A program made the translations under genes and the position numbers. The notes beneath the pieces were generated by a model that saw only the letters and a program-made list of their open reading frames with translations, was not told the DNA's origin and did no database searches. From Eledone cirrhosa (taxonomy: Eukaryota), in assembly GCA_964016885.1 (NCBI GenBank), contig OZ024751.1, positions 8,122,001 through 8,186,000 on the forward strand: DNA of 64,000 bases. Reading direction: 5' to 3'. Below, one piece after another: positions 43,700-56,610 of the stretch. The stretch's first letter is position 1; the number at the start of each line of letters is the position of its first letter.

Positions 43700-44925
43700 C
43701 AGTTTTAATATTGATGAGATTCTACCGGACTAAAATTTACAGTACATACACATTGCTGGAAACTCCCTTTTTCAGCTGTTAATGGATATCTGAAGGATTT
43801 TGCCAGTTTTTGTTCTCTATGTTGAGCAGTAGAGATAACCTACCAGACATGCTTATATCTGAATCTACTGTATTCTGACTTAAATCTTGTATGTACGGAT
43901 TTATGTGCTAACAACGTGTGTTGGGTTATCCAATATACAATTTGCATATATTACAGAATGCCAAACGAAGTCCATGCTGAAAGAATGCAGTAGTTAGATA
44001 GAATTCCACTATTTATCTCTATAAATCATTCAAGTGATCTCAGAGAGGTTTATTATAAATTATCTCTGACAAGAGTGAAAAATAATATTTGCAATGGATT
44101 TGTGGAGCTGTTCCTATATCTTCCAGTCTTCTAATCTTGACATAATAAATAATATTTTACAGACTACTCTATATTCCACTGTACTACTAACCTACCAATT
44201 TATTGGCTCTGTTCCTACACACATGAAATCAATATTCTAAAGTTGTTCTACAAATTTGAAAAATGTTAATTTATCAAATTCTCTAATTTTATGATTTCTT
44301 TTCTTTTTCTTCAACGGACCATTATAATGTTCTTTCTCCCACCATTTTCACCTGTTATCACCGTCTTGAACTATTTTTCCTGTTCTGTATACATTATTTA
44401 AATATTCACCTCTGTGGAACTGTTTCCTAAACACACAACTATTAATCACATTTAATGGCACTTAAGAAGGAGCTAGTTTGACGAATGGTTCAAATGTTAT
44501 CAGCAAGCCATAACAAATTGCAATTCTTGTCTAACTTCTACGCATTCTCTGCTGATTGTTATACAGAGCTAAAATCTATAAGACATTAGCTTAGCTGGGA
44601 CGTGGAATATATGACGGCAGCAAGGTCAAAGATGTATCCAAATAGCGTTTTACATAAAGACGCAGAAACTCCTTTTGACTATTCTAGTATTGTTTCTAAA
44701 GCAAGTGAGGAAACTTTATGGTGTAGTCAAGAGAATCGGTTGCTTCATTGTATCTATATTTGGATGTTATAAAAATGAGGGCCTTCACGTTGCAATCACT
44801 GATATTCATTATAACAACATGCCATAACATTTCTAAGTGTAATAGCTTCTAATACAAACTTTACGACCGGAATGCTCAATAAAAACATATTTTCCATTGA
44901 GTGATCTGCTCATTCCGGCCTTTCC
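43700..44925 (+). mobile_element. Highly decayed CR1-like LINE endonuclease region
   Basis: TICIYYRMPN, NGFVELF, NNIL..TNLP, DAETPFDYSSIV in APE-to-linker order. Confidence 0.5.
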
Positions 44926-44955
44926 TTCCATATATATATATATATATATATATAA

Positions 44956-45264
<309 letters not shown>

Positions 45265-45313
45265 TGTGTGTTTGTATTTGTGTGGTTGCATGTGTATGTA
45301 GGTCGATATACAT

Positions 45314-45349
<36 letters not shown>

Positions 45350-45356
<7 letters not shown>

Positions 45357-45877
45357 TAATGAAATGACAGGAGGCTGGATTTGTGTAAATCCTTGAAAGG
45401 TTTATTATACTATGATAATTTCTATGACCGGGTTCCGTATGAATCCGGTGATATCATCAGGTATTCGAAATATAATACGTGAATGTAATAGGTAAAATCC
45501 ATGGGGCTGAAAAACGAGACCCGGGCGACCGGCTGAGGTTGAAGGAACAGAATAGCGGTCGCCCTCGGGTCTCGTTTTTCAGCCCCATGATTTTACCTAT
45601 TACATTCACGTATTATATTTCGAATACCTGATGATATCACCGGATTCATACGGAACCCGGTCATTGAAATGATCATAGTATAATAAACCTTTCAAGGATT
45701 TACACAAATCCAGCCTCCTGTCATTTCATTATAATATTTAACTCCGTAATAGCACCACCAACTACAAAAACAAAGACGGTTGAACTGCTTTACGTTGAGT
45801 ACTCTCTATATTATTGCATTACGATTGACCATACGGAATAGACCAGCTCTATACAGTGGTGAACCTCAAACCTGAAT
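45350..45877 (+). mobile_element. PLE terminal stub with a near-perfect palindrome of about 390 bp
   Basis: 45350-45738 is self-complementary with a spacer of about 25 nt. HHR-like CTGATGA..GGAAcccggTC at 45617-45670. Confidence 0.8.
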
Positions 45878-45894
45878 ATATATATATATATATA

Positions 45895-47680
45895 TAAGCA
45901 AAATGGATATTCAATTTGTTGGTAATTCAACAAATAATGATTATTACTGATTCAGAGCACTCGAGAGTTTTTCTGGAGTATAATATTCAATGATATTAAA
46001 TAAATGGAAACAATATTTATAAAACAGTATTTATTATATTATATATATTTCAAGGCTACCAAAAATTTGGTACGCTTTCATTAGATAAAATACAAAGTTT
46101 GTTTTATAAATTTTGACATAATTAAGGAAAAGTACCTTAACGGTTCAAGTTTTCCTTGGATAGTGAAGGGAAAATAGAGGAAAAGTCAGATATTTCAAAT
46201 TATTAAGATGGGTATGCAAATGAGGTTGAGGTATGGGGCTGAAAAAAACCCGCTATTTTAGACGCTATGCAGAATTTAAATAATTAGGATATATGTATGT
46301 ATGAGGAGGAAGAAGAAAAAAGAAAGAAGAGCTTGTATTTACGTTAATTCAAAAGGAATTAGCAATTTGGGGGAAATGGTGGAATATGATTCCAGAATTT
46401 AAATTTATTTAGCTATATTATGAGTTATAATATTGTATATATCATCAATTAGATTATATGAAGAATTATGGTTGTAAGTATATTTTCAACTTATTACTTT
46501 AGCATAGGTAATAAGTATGTAAATATGTATATATATTAATAATTATGCCTGAAAAAGGATTATAGAAATAGAAATAATTTACAATTATTAGTTGTATATA
46601 GTTCTATTATGAGTTACGAAGAAAGTTTATTTGGCATTTTACATTAAATAAAACGTTCAATTTTGCTGTTCAAAAGTTTGTTTGCCGACGTTAAAATGCA
46701 GTATATCTCCAAATTGCATAACTTACAGAATCGATGATTTTGCTAATATGCAGGCGCAGCTGCAATAATTTGCCAATCAAGGGAGAATGCTTGATTGTTC
46801 CTCCGGAGCTGCCAGGCTTTATCGGCGAGGGTTGTTACGGAGCACATTTTATCGTGCCTGATCGAAGATCGATGTTGGTATAGGCGAGCCTTGAAAGAAG
46901 CTGCGGTACATCCGACGTAATACCATTTGTTGGTTCCGGAATTTATTGTACATCGGTAGACAATATTGCGTGCTAGGCACTGGTTATTCAGTGGGCACGT
47001 ACCTCGTTTGGTGCAGTTACAATTATTTTTATGTTTTGCAGTAGAATCCTAGATAGTTTTGTGGGGTTGTAGTTGCGTGTTAGTGCGTTGTATGTTGCTA
47101 TGCTGGTGCGCTGAGTCATTAGGGATGTACTTATTTAGTATTGCTGAGTTGAGTTTTTTAATTAGTTGTTCTATGTTAGGTGCAGTGGAGTATGAGAGTC
47201 TAATGGTGCGCGAGTTAAAGATTTTATAGTATTTATGTGAAGTTGTAAAGTGTTTGTTGATTAGTGTATAGAATTGTGAGATAATCTTAGTGCTAATAGA
47301 AGAATTGTACACGGGGTTATACCATATGTACTCTCTACGTCTGACTCTATTTGCTGGTTTGCACCTATTATTATGCCTATTGATGTGTGTGTGTGGTGCA
47401 ATACTAGTTCGACTTAGATGTGCTTTATTCATAGTACTTATGTGGTTATCGTCTAGATATTTTATTTTCTCGCAGTAACCAGCTTTTCTAAGTGCGTCAT
47501 TATAATATTCAGCATGCTCGTTGAAGGTCTGCAAATTAGCAAAATAGACGACAGTCGGGAGATCCTTATGGATATATTTTTAGGGATAGATTTAATAAGG
47601 GAATGGGGATGGTTCGATTTTACATTAACGTACTTGAGATTTTAATTAAGTTTGTGAAATGGCTCTATATTGTGAAATGG

Positions 47681-47682
<2 letters not shown>
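45895..47682 (-). mobile_element. Naiad-type PLE, 5'-truncated (RT thumb, GIY-YIG, 3' UTR)
   Basis: KYVNVKSNHP, YYNDALRKAGY, WYNPVY, IFNSRTIRLSYS, CNCTKRGTCPLNNQC, YYVGCT, FCKLC. Mutated HHR (CTAATGA) near 46033-46093. Confidence 0.92.
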
Positions 47683-47721
<39 letters not shown>

Positions 47722-47725
<4 letters not shown>

Positions 47726-47811
47726 TATTATATATTAAATTTAGCTGTGTAACTTACATAGAGCACTCTTCAATCCTATGACTTTTTCAATTGTCAACGG
47801 AAACTTCAATA

Positions 47812-47814
<3 letters not shown>
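47722..47814 (+). mobile_element. PLE terminal stub of the 1081-3033 family
   Basis: Homologous to 2941-3033; lies inside (TA)n. Confidence 0.8.
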
Positions 47815-47889
<75 letters not shown>

Positions 47890-48460
47890 ATACAATAACA
47901 GAGAAAGCTTTAAGCTAAACTCTGACTGGTAACCATCTCACTCAACAAACATTAGGGTATACGTCAGTATAATCCCAATTTTGTGTTTGTGGTGCTAACT
48001 ATATGTATTTTGTGGAAAGCCAGTTGTATTATTTTATATGAGATATAATTAAAATTAAAATATATCTCTCTTTCCAAACAATTGTTTCATTATAAGTTTT
48101 CTACAAGTTGGGAGAATGTTTCCATTTCATGTAGAAACCTGACATATTTTTCTGTAAGAATATATGTAGGTGGGCACTTATAAATCATCAGTGGATGCCC
48201 ATTAAACTTTGATATAAGAAAAGATTTCTTACCGCAGTTATTTTTCGTGTCCGCTAAGTCATCTCTTCACGCATCAAATGACCGCCACATTTGAAATTCC
48301 AGCAGTCTTTAGACCGAGGAAGTATCATAGCGTCACGAAGTGGAAAAGGGAGACAATCGCGAGTCAGAAGAAAAGTAAAATAATATACACTTGGGTTAAT
48401 TAGTTTTTTCAAAAACATATCATTTCAAAAACATATATATATATATATATATATATATAG

Positions 48461-48750
48461 GAACGAGTAGGACCCCACACTTGTGACAATTATTGACACA
48501 TAATGCTGGGCCCATGGTACCACGTGACGACAAGTTCAGAGAGATCTCCAGATATAAAGCAATGCCTGTGCCGTGAAGCTTTTATAGTGAGCAAAGGCAC
48601 TGAACAAAGCCAGTCCCTCTCTCTTAACCAAGATGATATTTACCAAAAAGAAGAACAAGTATCAGTGGATACCATCAGGGTTGCAGGTGTTATATCAGAG
48701 TTTTCCTTCTCCTAGAATTCTGCCTTGACAAAGGCTAAGGGGTCATCTCT
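48461..48750 (-). mobile_element. Internal fragment of the RTE-5'UTR-like repeat
   Basis: Close match to 50336-50615. Confidence 0.8.
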
Positions 48751-48803
48751 CACAAACACACACGCACGCATACACACACATACACACACACACGCCCCCC
48801 CCC

Positions 48804-48857
<54 letters not shown>

Positions 48858-49529
48858 GCAGTGAATTAGTTGATAGCTAGACAGAAAGAGAGCTACATAG
48901 ATAGACAGGCTGATAGATGTATTGATAGCTAGTATGTTGTGCGAGATCAAAGCTGTTAAACGCAGACTTGTTTTTACAAGCTGATGACTAGAAGCAATTA
49001 TCTACCAATTGAATGAGTGACACCTGCTAATTATGACGTCATATAATTACACGCCCGATTCCAAAGAATTAAATTAAATAATAGAAAGAAACCTTCACGG
49101 AAAATCACACAAAACTAGACATTACATATAGGCTGACACACATCTATTTCTAGAAATGTTTACTCATCAATTTATAAATAAAATTAATTTCTTCTAATTT
49201 TTTTTCATATATTTCTTCATTGAAATGTTTTTGAAATTTCATTTCCTCCTCTAATTAAAAACCAACCTATTATATTGTTTGTAGATTCTCTGATGTTTTT
49301 AATTTTTGCGGAGTTTGTTTTTAAACATGTCAGATTTTTATAACGTTTTCTTATATTCACCACTGAATAATTATTTAATGTCACAAACACATGTACGCCA
49401 TTCTTGGACATTTCTAGCTTATTAAGAGGTATGGTATGGCCCCCTAACTCCTGTTAGAGTCGTAGTGGCGCCATCTTGACATATGGTGGAGCCAATCACT
49501 CTGCAGACCTGAGTACATCAGATTTCTTC

Positions 49530-49702
49530 CTAAGAGAGGAATAATCGACCACACTACTAGACTGGTACTGTTTTTGTTGACCTTGAATGGATGAAAGACA
49601 AAGTTGACTTCGGCGGGATTTGAACTTACAGATCAAAGAGCCGGATCGAATACCATAAAGTATTTTATTCGACGTTCTAACGACTCTGCCAATCCACTGC
49701 CT
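49530..49702 (-). mobile_element. Octopus-type tRNA SINE
   Basis: cggcgggatttgaact and reverse-complement core. Confidence 0.75.
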
Positions 49703-49842
49703 GTTATTAAAGAGGACATTGCAAAATTTTGAAGAAAAAAGAAAAGAATGTATAAATGTATACGGTTGTAGAGAGACATTCTTACTTCATAACAAAACTA
49801 AATGATTTTAGCATTGGCTTTGCTATAGTGAGGAGTTAAAGC

Positions 49843-49995
49843 GTTGAACTGGCAGAGTCGTTAGGACGACCGATAGAATGCATTATGGTTTTCGTTCCGG
49901 CTCTCTGCTCTCAGAGTTCAAATCCCGCCGATGTCATATTTTCCTTTCATAATGTCGTGGTCGATAAGAACATAACTGTATAGTACTGGGCTCGC
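49843..49995 (+). mobile_element. Octopus-type tRNA SINE
   Basis: tggcagagtcgttagg, gagttcaaatcccgccga. Confidence 0.75.
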
Positions 49996-50207
49996 TTTTT
50001 CTTCTATATCTCTTTAACATTTCCTCTATCACTATCTATCTTCCTCTAGAAGAAATCTGCTTTAATCAGGCCTAGAGAGGGATGGGCTCTGGCACGATTA
50101 AAATGCCCCCAAAATGCCGTTTGGGGCAGAAGTTGCGGGACTATACATACATACGAACGTACATACATACATACATACATACATACATACATACATACAT
50201 ACATACA

Positions 50208-50817
50208 TGGTGGCTGCCAACTCGTTTTCGAGTACGGCCACTACTTTATATCCATGTAGGAGAACCCCTACCGAAGCGCTGAACGAGTGTGACTTTTTAG
50301 TCCAGCCAGCGACTTGAAAACTCTGGTACAAACACTACACTTGTGACAATTATTGACACATAGTGCTGGGCCCATGGTACCATGTGAGGACAAGTGCAGA
50401 GAGATCTCCAGATACAAAGCAATGCCTGTGCCGTGAAGCTTTTATAGTGAGCAAAGGCACTGCACAAAGCCAGTCCCACTCTCTTAACCAAGATGATATT
50501 TACCAAAAAGAAGAACAAGTCAACATCATTGGATACCATCAGGGTTGCAGGTGTTATATCAGAGTTTTCCTTCTCCTAGAATTCTGCCTTGACAAAGGCT
50601 AAGGGGTCATCTCTCCCGGTGATTTTGGATGGCCATTGACTCTTAAGAGCTCCTTTGCCCTTTGACAGGTTTTGTTTTTAGTCCTGCAGGATGTCCAAAG
50701 TCACCCTCCTCACCAAGAAACCTTGGTGGGGTTGCCAGTTTAGTCGCCAACGATCCGACCATGAGACAGGTTGTACTGGGATACATGTTACCAGTAGCAC
50801 CAACTGGTGACCTGACA
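50208..50817 (-). mobile_element. Non-autonomous RTE-related element (about 610 bp) inside (ATGT)n
   Basis: RTE-5'UTR-like motif caaggcagaattctaggagaaggaaaactc, no ORF, (CATA)n on both sides, and two partial copies elsewhere in the window. Confidence 0.65.
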
Positions 50818-51366
50818 TACATACATACATACATACATACATACATACATACATACATACATACATACATACATACATACATAGTGAGGAGTTACAGGAA
50901 ACATTTCTATGTTAATAGTCATAAAGTGGATATTTCTATATTTTGGTTATTAATATTTTGAAAATATAACCAATGTCAATAAAACCTAATACAAAATTAT
51001 TATGATTTCTACTAACTCTATGTAAAAGAATAATTGTAATTTACAAACCGCATCGAACCGCTTGGTAGATATAAGTTACACAACACTCACGTTTTCTGAT
51101 TTGCTCTCTCTCTCAATCTCTCTCTCTATATATATATACACTTTTATATTCTCTCACTCACACATACACATACAAACACACATATATATAGATGTACACA
51201 CGCACATGCATATGAGCACACCACATACTCATATACACATATGAATATATTCACGCATTCACACACACATACGCACATACACCTACACACACATAAACAA
51301 ATTACGCATGCACACACATATATATATATATACATATTAACCAACAGTAACTTGACGTTACAATCC

Positions 51367-51410
<44 letters not shown>

Positions 51411-51449
51411 TATATATAGATATAGATATAGATATATATAGATATATAA

Positions 51450-52624
51450 TATTAATAATACTATTGATAGTTATGTATATTTAAAACTTTTTATAGTTAT
51501 GCATATGTTAAACTATAAACAGGGAAGGTCAGTAATTTATTACTACCTTATTACCAGTAAGATAAATAGCTCAATGTAATAACATCAGTTGTTCTACAGT
51601 GCAGTTATATAGAATTCACCAGAATCAAAGCTATATTCAAAGCATTTATTCACTTACAATTGTTTCATCCAAACCTAGGCTTGGAATCTTCGGAGCATTT
51701 TTCAATGCTTGTATAAATAATTGACCTCCTATCCAACGCAGGAGACATACAGATCCGTATATATATATATTGATGTACAGTGGAGTGACACATATTATAC
51801 TATACTATATTTGTACAGCAATTCAAATTTAAAATCAGAATCAAAATTAAAATTAAAATACATGCGGCAGATAACACAGATAATGTAAGAGGATAGTTTG
51901 ATAATCAGATCTAGTAGATAGTGTATGCGTTAGTCACACATGCAGCATGCAAGTGTGTCTCATTTATATACGATTATTGTGTGGCAAGGTGTTACATGTA
52001 ATGCAAGCACTTTAAGCGGGTAAGCAAGAGTATTATAGTGATTGTAGTGGTAGGGTATTGTTTGTATAGATCAAAAAAGTATGTGTGCAGAAAAAGAAAC
52101 AGAAAGTTATTATTTTCGCATCCACCACCATTTTCACATTCAGTAAAAGGAAGATATAGTTTTTACATCCATCACATAAGATACGATGATTTCGTATTGA
52201 ATGTTTGATGCATTAAATTATTGTAGCGTATTAAGGCTCAGTGTTATTTAATCCATATTTATAGAATAGGTTCTTTTGGCTGCGAGAATTTGCAGTGGTT
52301 TATTACCCGGAAGTAGGTGTGTATTTAAGGGGAGTTAATGCGTAAGGGGAGGTAACTAGTTTATTCTCATAATTAAATTCATTGTTCTAACATACATTAT
52401 ATGGTGCCTCAATTGAGTCCCTTATATTAAAGGTTCTATATGTATATCTAATTTTAAATTTTAAATACAGTCTACTCTATCATAATGTATGTCTCCTGCG
52501 TAGGAGGTCAATTATATGAGCAAGCATTGACAAATGCTACGAAGACTCCAAGCCTAGGTTTGGATGAAACAATTGTAAGTGAATACATGCTTTGAACATA
52601 GCTTTGATTCTTGTGAATGCTATA
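51450..52624 (-). mobile_element. Decayed PLE with an inverted 5' arm
   Basis: Arms 51607-51750 and 52487-52624, each holding an HHR motif (CCGAAGA-tccaa/ttgga-GAAA-caattg-TA at 51652-51696 on the minus strand). Confidence 0.7.
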
Positions 52625-53421
52625 TATATGTATATATATGTGTGTATGTATGTACCTATGTATGGATGGATAGATGTATACATATATATTTGTGTGTGTG
52701 CCTGTGCGTATGTATGGATCAAATAAATAATTCTATACTGAGGCATTCAATATATACATTACAACAGTTATTTTCAGTCCTTTCATATGTCAGTTTATAT
52801 CCACCATTTGTGTGATTTTACGATATTATTTTACAAATGCATTATGAAACATAAACACAAAATTAAAAGAAAAGAGTTATGTAAATTCGCCACCAACGAC
52901 AACAGTTTCGTATTCAGAGAAAACAAAACGTAATATCATTAGTGTAACAGTAAAAAAAAATATATATATACTTTTCTCGAAACAGGATTCAAAATCTGAA
53001 ATGCTATTGGGTTGTAGAGAGAATATATTCAAAAATGTATATAAAGCATCAGTTGAAATTCTGCATATATTAATAATTATGAAATAAAATGTAACAAATA
53101 TTTTAGGATGAAACAACCAATGCAGTGCGGAATGAACCGAATTGAATATATCAAACTTAGTTGCATCAATTGATTTAACCTTAACATTTTATAAGAAAAA
53201 TAATATGTACTATATTTAGGGAAATAGCAAGAATTGGAAATTTAAAGTAAAAATAAATGCAATTGAAAGAAAAAAAAAACTTAAAAGAGAAATGTGATGT
53301 AAAGATGTACATATGAATACCCGATTATAGATACATAATATTTAACACGAACACATAGAAACGTACACACTCACTTAGAAGACATTTATGTACATTTATA
53401 GGTATTTCGATACGCATATAA

Positions 53422-53536
<115 letters not shown>

Positions 53537-53774
53537 TATATATATGAAAATATTCAGGACCCCGGCGGCTGAGCACCGACGGATTCGGAAGTTTGATCCG
53601 AACTGAAGTGCCAGTATTCGAACGGCGGGAATATATCTGAATTTATCAAGGGGTCCAATCCATATATGAGCAGACAATCAAAGCAAACACATCTTAAAAG
53701 TCCACTTGTTTGCTTTTTTTTCTTCGGGAGTTGTCAGTGGGTCGGTGGTTTTTTTTTTTACCTTAGATCAAAAT

Positions 53775-53913
53775 GGCTGGGACCCCTTACGGTCTCAATT
53801 CCAATCCGCGCCGAGGCTAGCTTTGCTTTTCATCCCTATGGATTCGCTAAAATAAAGTACCAGTAATACACTAGAATAACTGTTGGCCCTGTGTCAAAAG
53901 TAGAAACAATTAT
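53775..53913 (+). mobile_element. 5'-truncated Octopus-type SINE
   Basis: Core and tail present. Confidence 0.7.
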
Positions 53914-54199
53914 ATTTATTACACTCTTGGCCGCAAGGGGCTAGACAGGCCAACATGTAAGAGTAAATTAGTGAGTAGACTTATTGACCTGAAATTACTA
54001 AGCCAGTCAGTCACGCACACACGCTATTCAGAGAGAAGTTTTCTTTATAAACTATTTCTAATCTGTAGAAATGTTATTGTCCTTCACTGCATTAGATTCA
54101 AGAGGAAAAAACCAACGAGAGAAAATATAATTTCGGCGTATTTAAGTAAAAGAAAATGGCATATTATATTTGTGATTGTTAATTTGGTTTTTCTTTACA

Positions 54200-55395
54200 G
54201 TTTGCTAAAAAGCTAAGCTTTTACAATTTACTACTATTTACTACTATTTCTCCTCCTCATAGTGAAATCTAGTTATCAATTGCGATATGGCCCGTGAAAA
54301 ACCGCTCATTCACTAATTTACTTGTTTTCAAACACCAATAAATCTAGCATTAATCTTAAATTTATTACTAATTATTTCGGTTCTCGTGCTGTTGTAAGTT
54401 AGCTAAGGTTCTGTAGTAAAGTAGATTCCTATTTTATATAAGTGCCTCAAAGTGTAATGTTAACATGTATATCAAAGCCATCGCAATACAGTTGCAAAAG
54501 GATTTAATAGAATTGTAGGTTGGCTAATAGCTTTCTTTAACAATTCTAACGCTCTAGTTTTTGATGATGGTTACACATTTACTCTATACACTAGGCGTGC
54601 CAATGCGGCAGTACAGGAATGGCTGCGAGCAAGCTTGTGCATCGTGCTTAAACTACCGCTAATAGGTCTAGTAATATGTCATAGCTGTCTATTCGGCTCG
54701 TCCTATAGGGCAATATATATATTTTTGCAAAAATGGAAATATTCTATTTCTACCTAAGGATGTTTAGGGTTTCTTCTATATTAGTGTGTAAGTGAGAAAG
54801 ATATTAAAGCCAAGATCTACCCATCGGGGGTGTGAGGGGGTTTGAATGTAAGATATGTCCTATATATTCTGTGTTTACACGACGTAACGAGCTAATTATT
54901 TTTGTTTAATAATTGGTGCTTTACAAACAACATCTGGATCGTATCCTCCGATCATAAATTGCACGGACGACGTCATTCCGTGTATTATTTTGCCTTGGAA
55001 AGTAGGCTTCAGTTTCGATGATAGGGAATAATATTGACTTGGAGGTCACAAATATGACCAGAAAGTGCTGTAGCATATCATCGAGCCGGGTTTCAAGATT
55101 AATGTTGGTGTTGGTAGTACCGTGTCTTAAACTCGCACGATGTTAACCCGATGTAGGACTTCTTGGAATGTCCCGTCCTCATGTTGCACTGCAAGGCCAC
55201 GTTTCGTTCTTATCATCTATTGTTGAGGGGGCACGATGATCTATCCAGACATTTACAACTCCTAATTTGCTCACCAATAATATTGTTATTTCTGTTAGAG
55301 AGTAGTTTGTGTTGTTAGATGATGCGATATTTCGTGCAAAGTTGGGTGTAGTGCTGTACGAAAGTTTAACAGTGTTTCTATTGATGATATTGGCA
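54200..55395 (-). mobile_element. Decayed Naiad-type PLE 3' fragment
   Basis: IINRNTVKLSYSTTPN, CKCLDRSSCPLNNR*, SYIGLTSCEFKTRY, RPCNL*, LVTSCKHR, ending PDG*. Left boundary uncertain. Confidence 0.85.
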
Positions 55396-55710
55396 AATTA
55401 CAGGTAGTTAAATCTCCCCCATGGCCGATGATGTGGGATTTAATATCTGTGACCTGCCTATTAATTATGAAATATCTTTCTTTAATGAAATATAGACAAA
55501 GGAGATTAATCTTTATTGCAAAATATCTATATTTGAGGTTCTCATTAATTTTTAATATCTTATCTCCATAACTATGTGTGTTTACACTCTTTACAAATTA
55601 TCCCGTGTAAATCTTTGATGTTTTATTTTATGTGGATATATGTCAATCGATTTTTAATTTAATGCTCTCTCTCTCTGTCCCTCTCTCTCTCTTCCTCTCT
55701 CTCTCTCTTC

Positions 55711-55758
<48 letters not shown>

Positions 55759-55760
<2 letters not shown>

Positions 55761-55956
55761 CGAAGGAAATGTGGTAAGGAACCAGGTGGACCATAACGCA
55801 CCAAAGTACTCAATACTTGAGGTAGTAGAGTGGGTAATAGGAACCAGTAAGACCCCGACAGCTGAGCTCAAGCCGTTTCGACGGCTAATTCTGGACCGGG
55901 TCCAGAATTAGCCGTCGAAACGGCTTGAGCTCAGCTGTCGGGGTCTTAGTGGTTCC

Positions 55957-55959
<3 letters not shown>
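55759..55959 (-). mobile_element. Hairpin PLE-terminal stub, family H copy 4
   Basis: Hairpin 55837-55959 with arms of about 60 bp and 1 mismatch; (TA)n on both sides. Confidence 0.85.
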
Positions 55960-55994
<35 letters not shown>

Positions 55995-56399
55995 TATATA
56001 TACACTTTTACCATATTTACTATAGTAGAGACCGATGATATTTAGTATCAATTCAGAACCGTAATATTGTAGAGTTTGGCTTGTTAATCTTATTGGGTGT
56101 CCTTTTGATTGCACAGTAAAGCTCCAGCGAAAAGTATTTATAGATACACATGTTTAGATATTTATTAACTTTATGTTTCATCATGCTGTTCGGTGGAAAC
56201 AAATACCATGTATACTCAAAGACTGTTGCATATATATATATAGTCATTGTATATCTAGTTTCTCCTGCTTGTTATCTATCATATTTATATATTTTGTTTG
56301 TATACCTATAATTATATATTGAAAAACATTTATTTTTACTTGACAAAAATACACTATGATATATTGTAAAGGTAATGTCCCCCTTCGATCACGATTGAC

Positions 56400-56610
56400 A
56401 ATTCTGGTTAATGTTGGTTGTGGAAGACGAGCAATCCTTGATAAATGTTGGTACATGTAGCGTCGTATCTCATTCCTAAAGCTGAGCAAACTGGAGCCAC
56501 CTAAAATAAAGTGCCTGTTTGAAGGACACAATGAATCAACCAGCTCGGGAATCGAACTCACAACTTCATGATTGGAAACCCAGAACTCTTATCACTAAGC
56601 TCTGTGGCGC
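56400..56610 (-). mobile_element. tRNA-derived SINE, decayed
   Basis: gggaatcgaactc (reverse-complement B box), aaataaagtg..aaggacacaa. Confidence 0.65.

Noticed and set aside
43700-44925. GPCR TM1-TM3, or a viral RdRp GDN motif (IVQDGDNR), on the minus strand
   Set aside because: Many stops and no supporting flanking motifs. The plus strand shows ordered APE endonuclease motifs.
54612-54684. SECIS-like AUGA...GA in the 3' UTR of the 55 kb Naiad (and GUGA near 5635)
   Set aside because: Helix II pairs poorly and lacks a clear apical AA, so it cannot be supported by eye.
55420-55500. HHR-like CCGATGA...GAAA
   Set aside because: No consistent stems I-III could be built.
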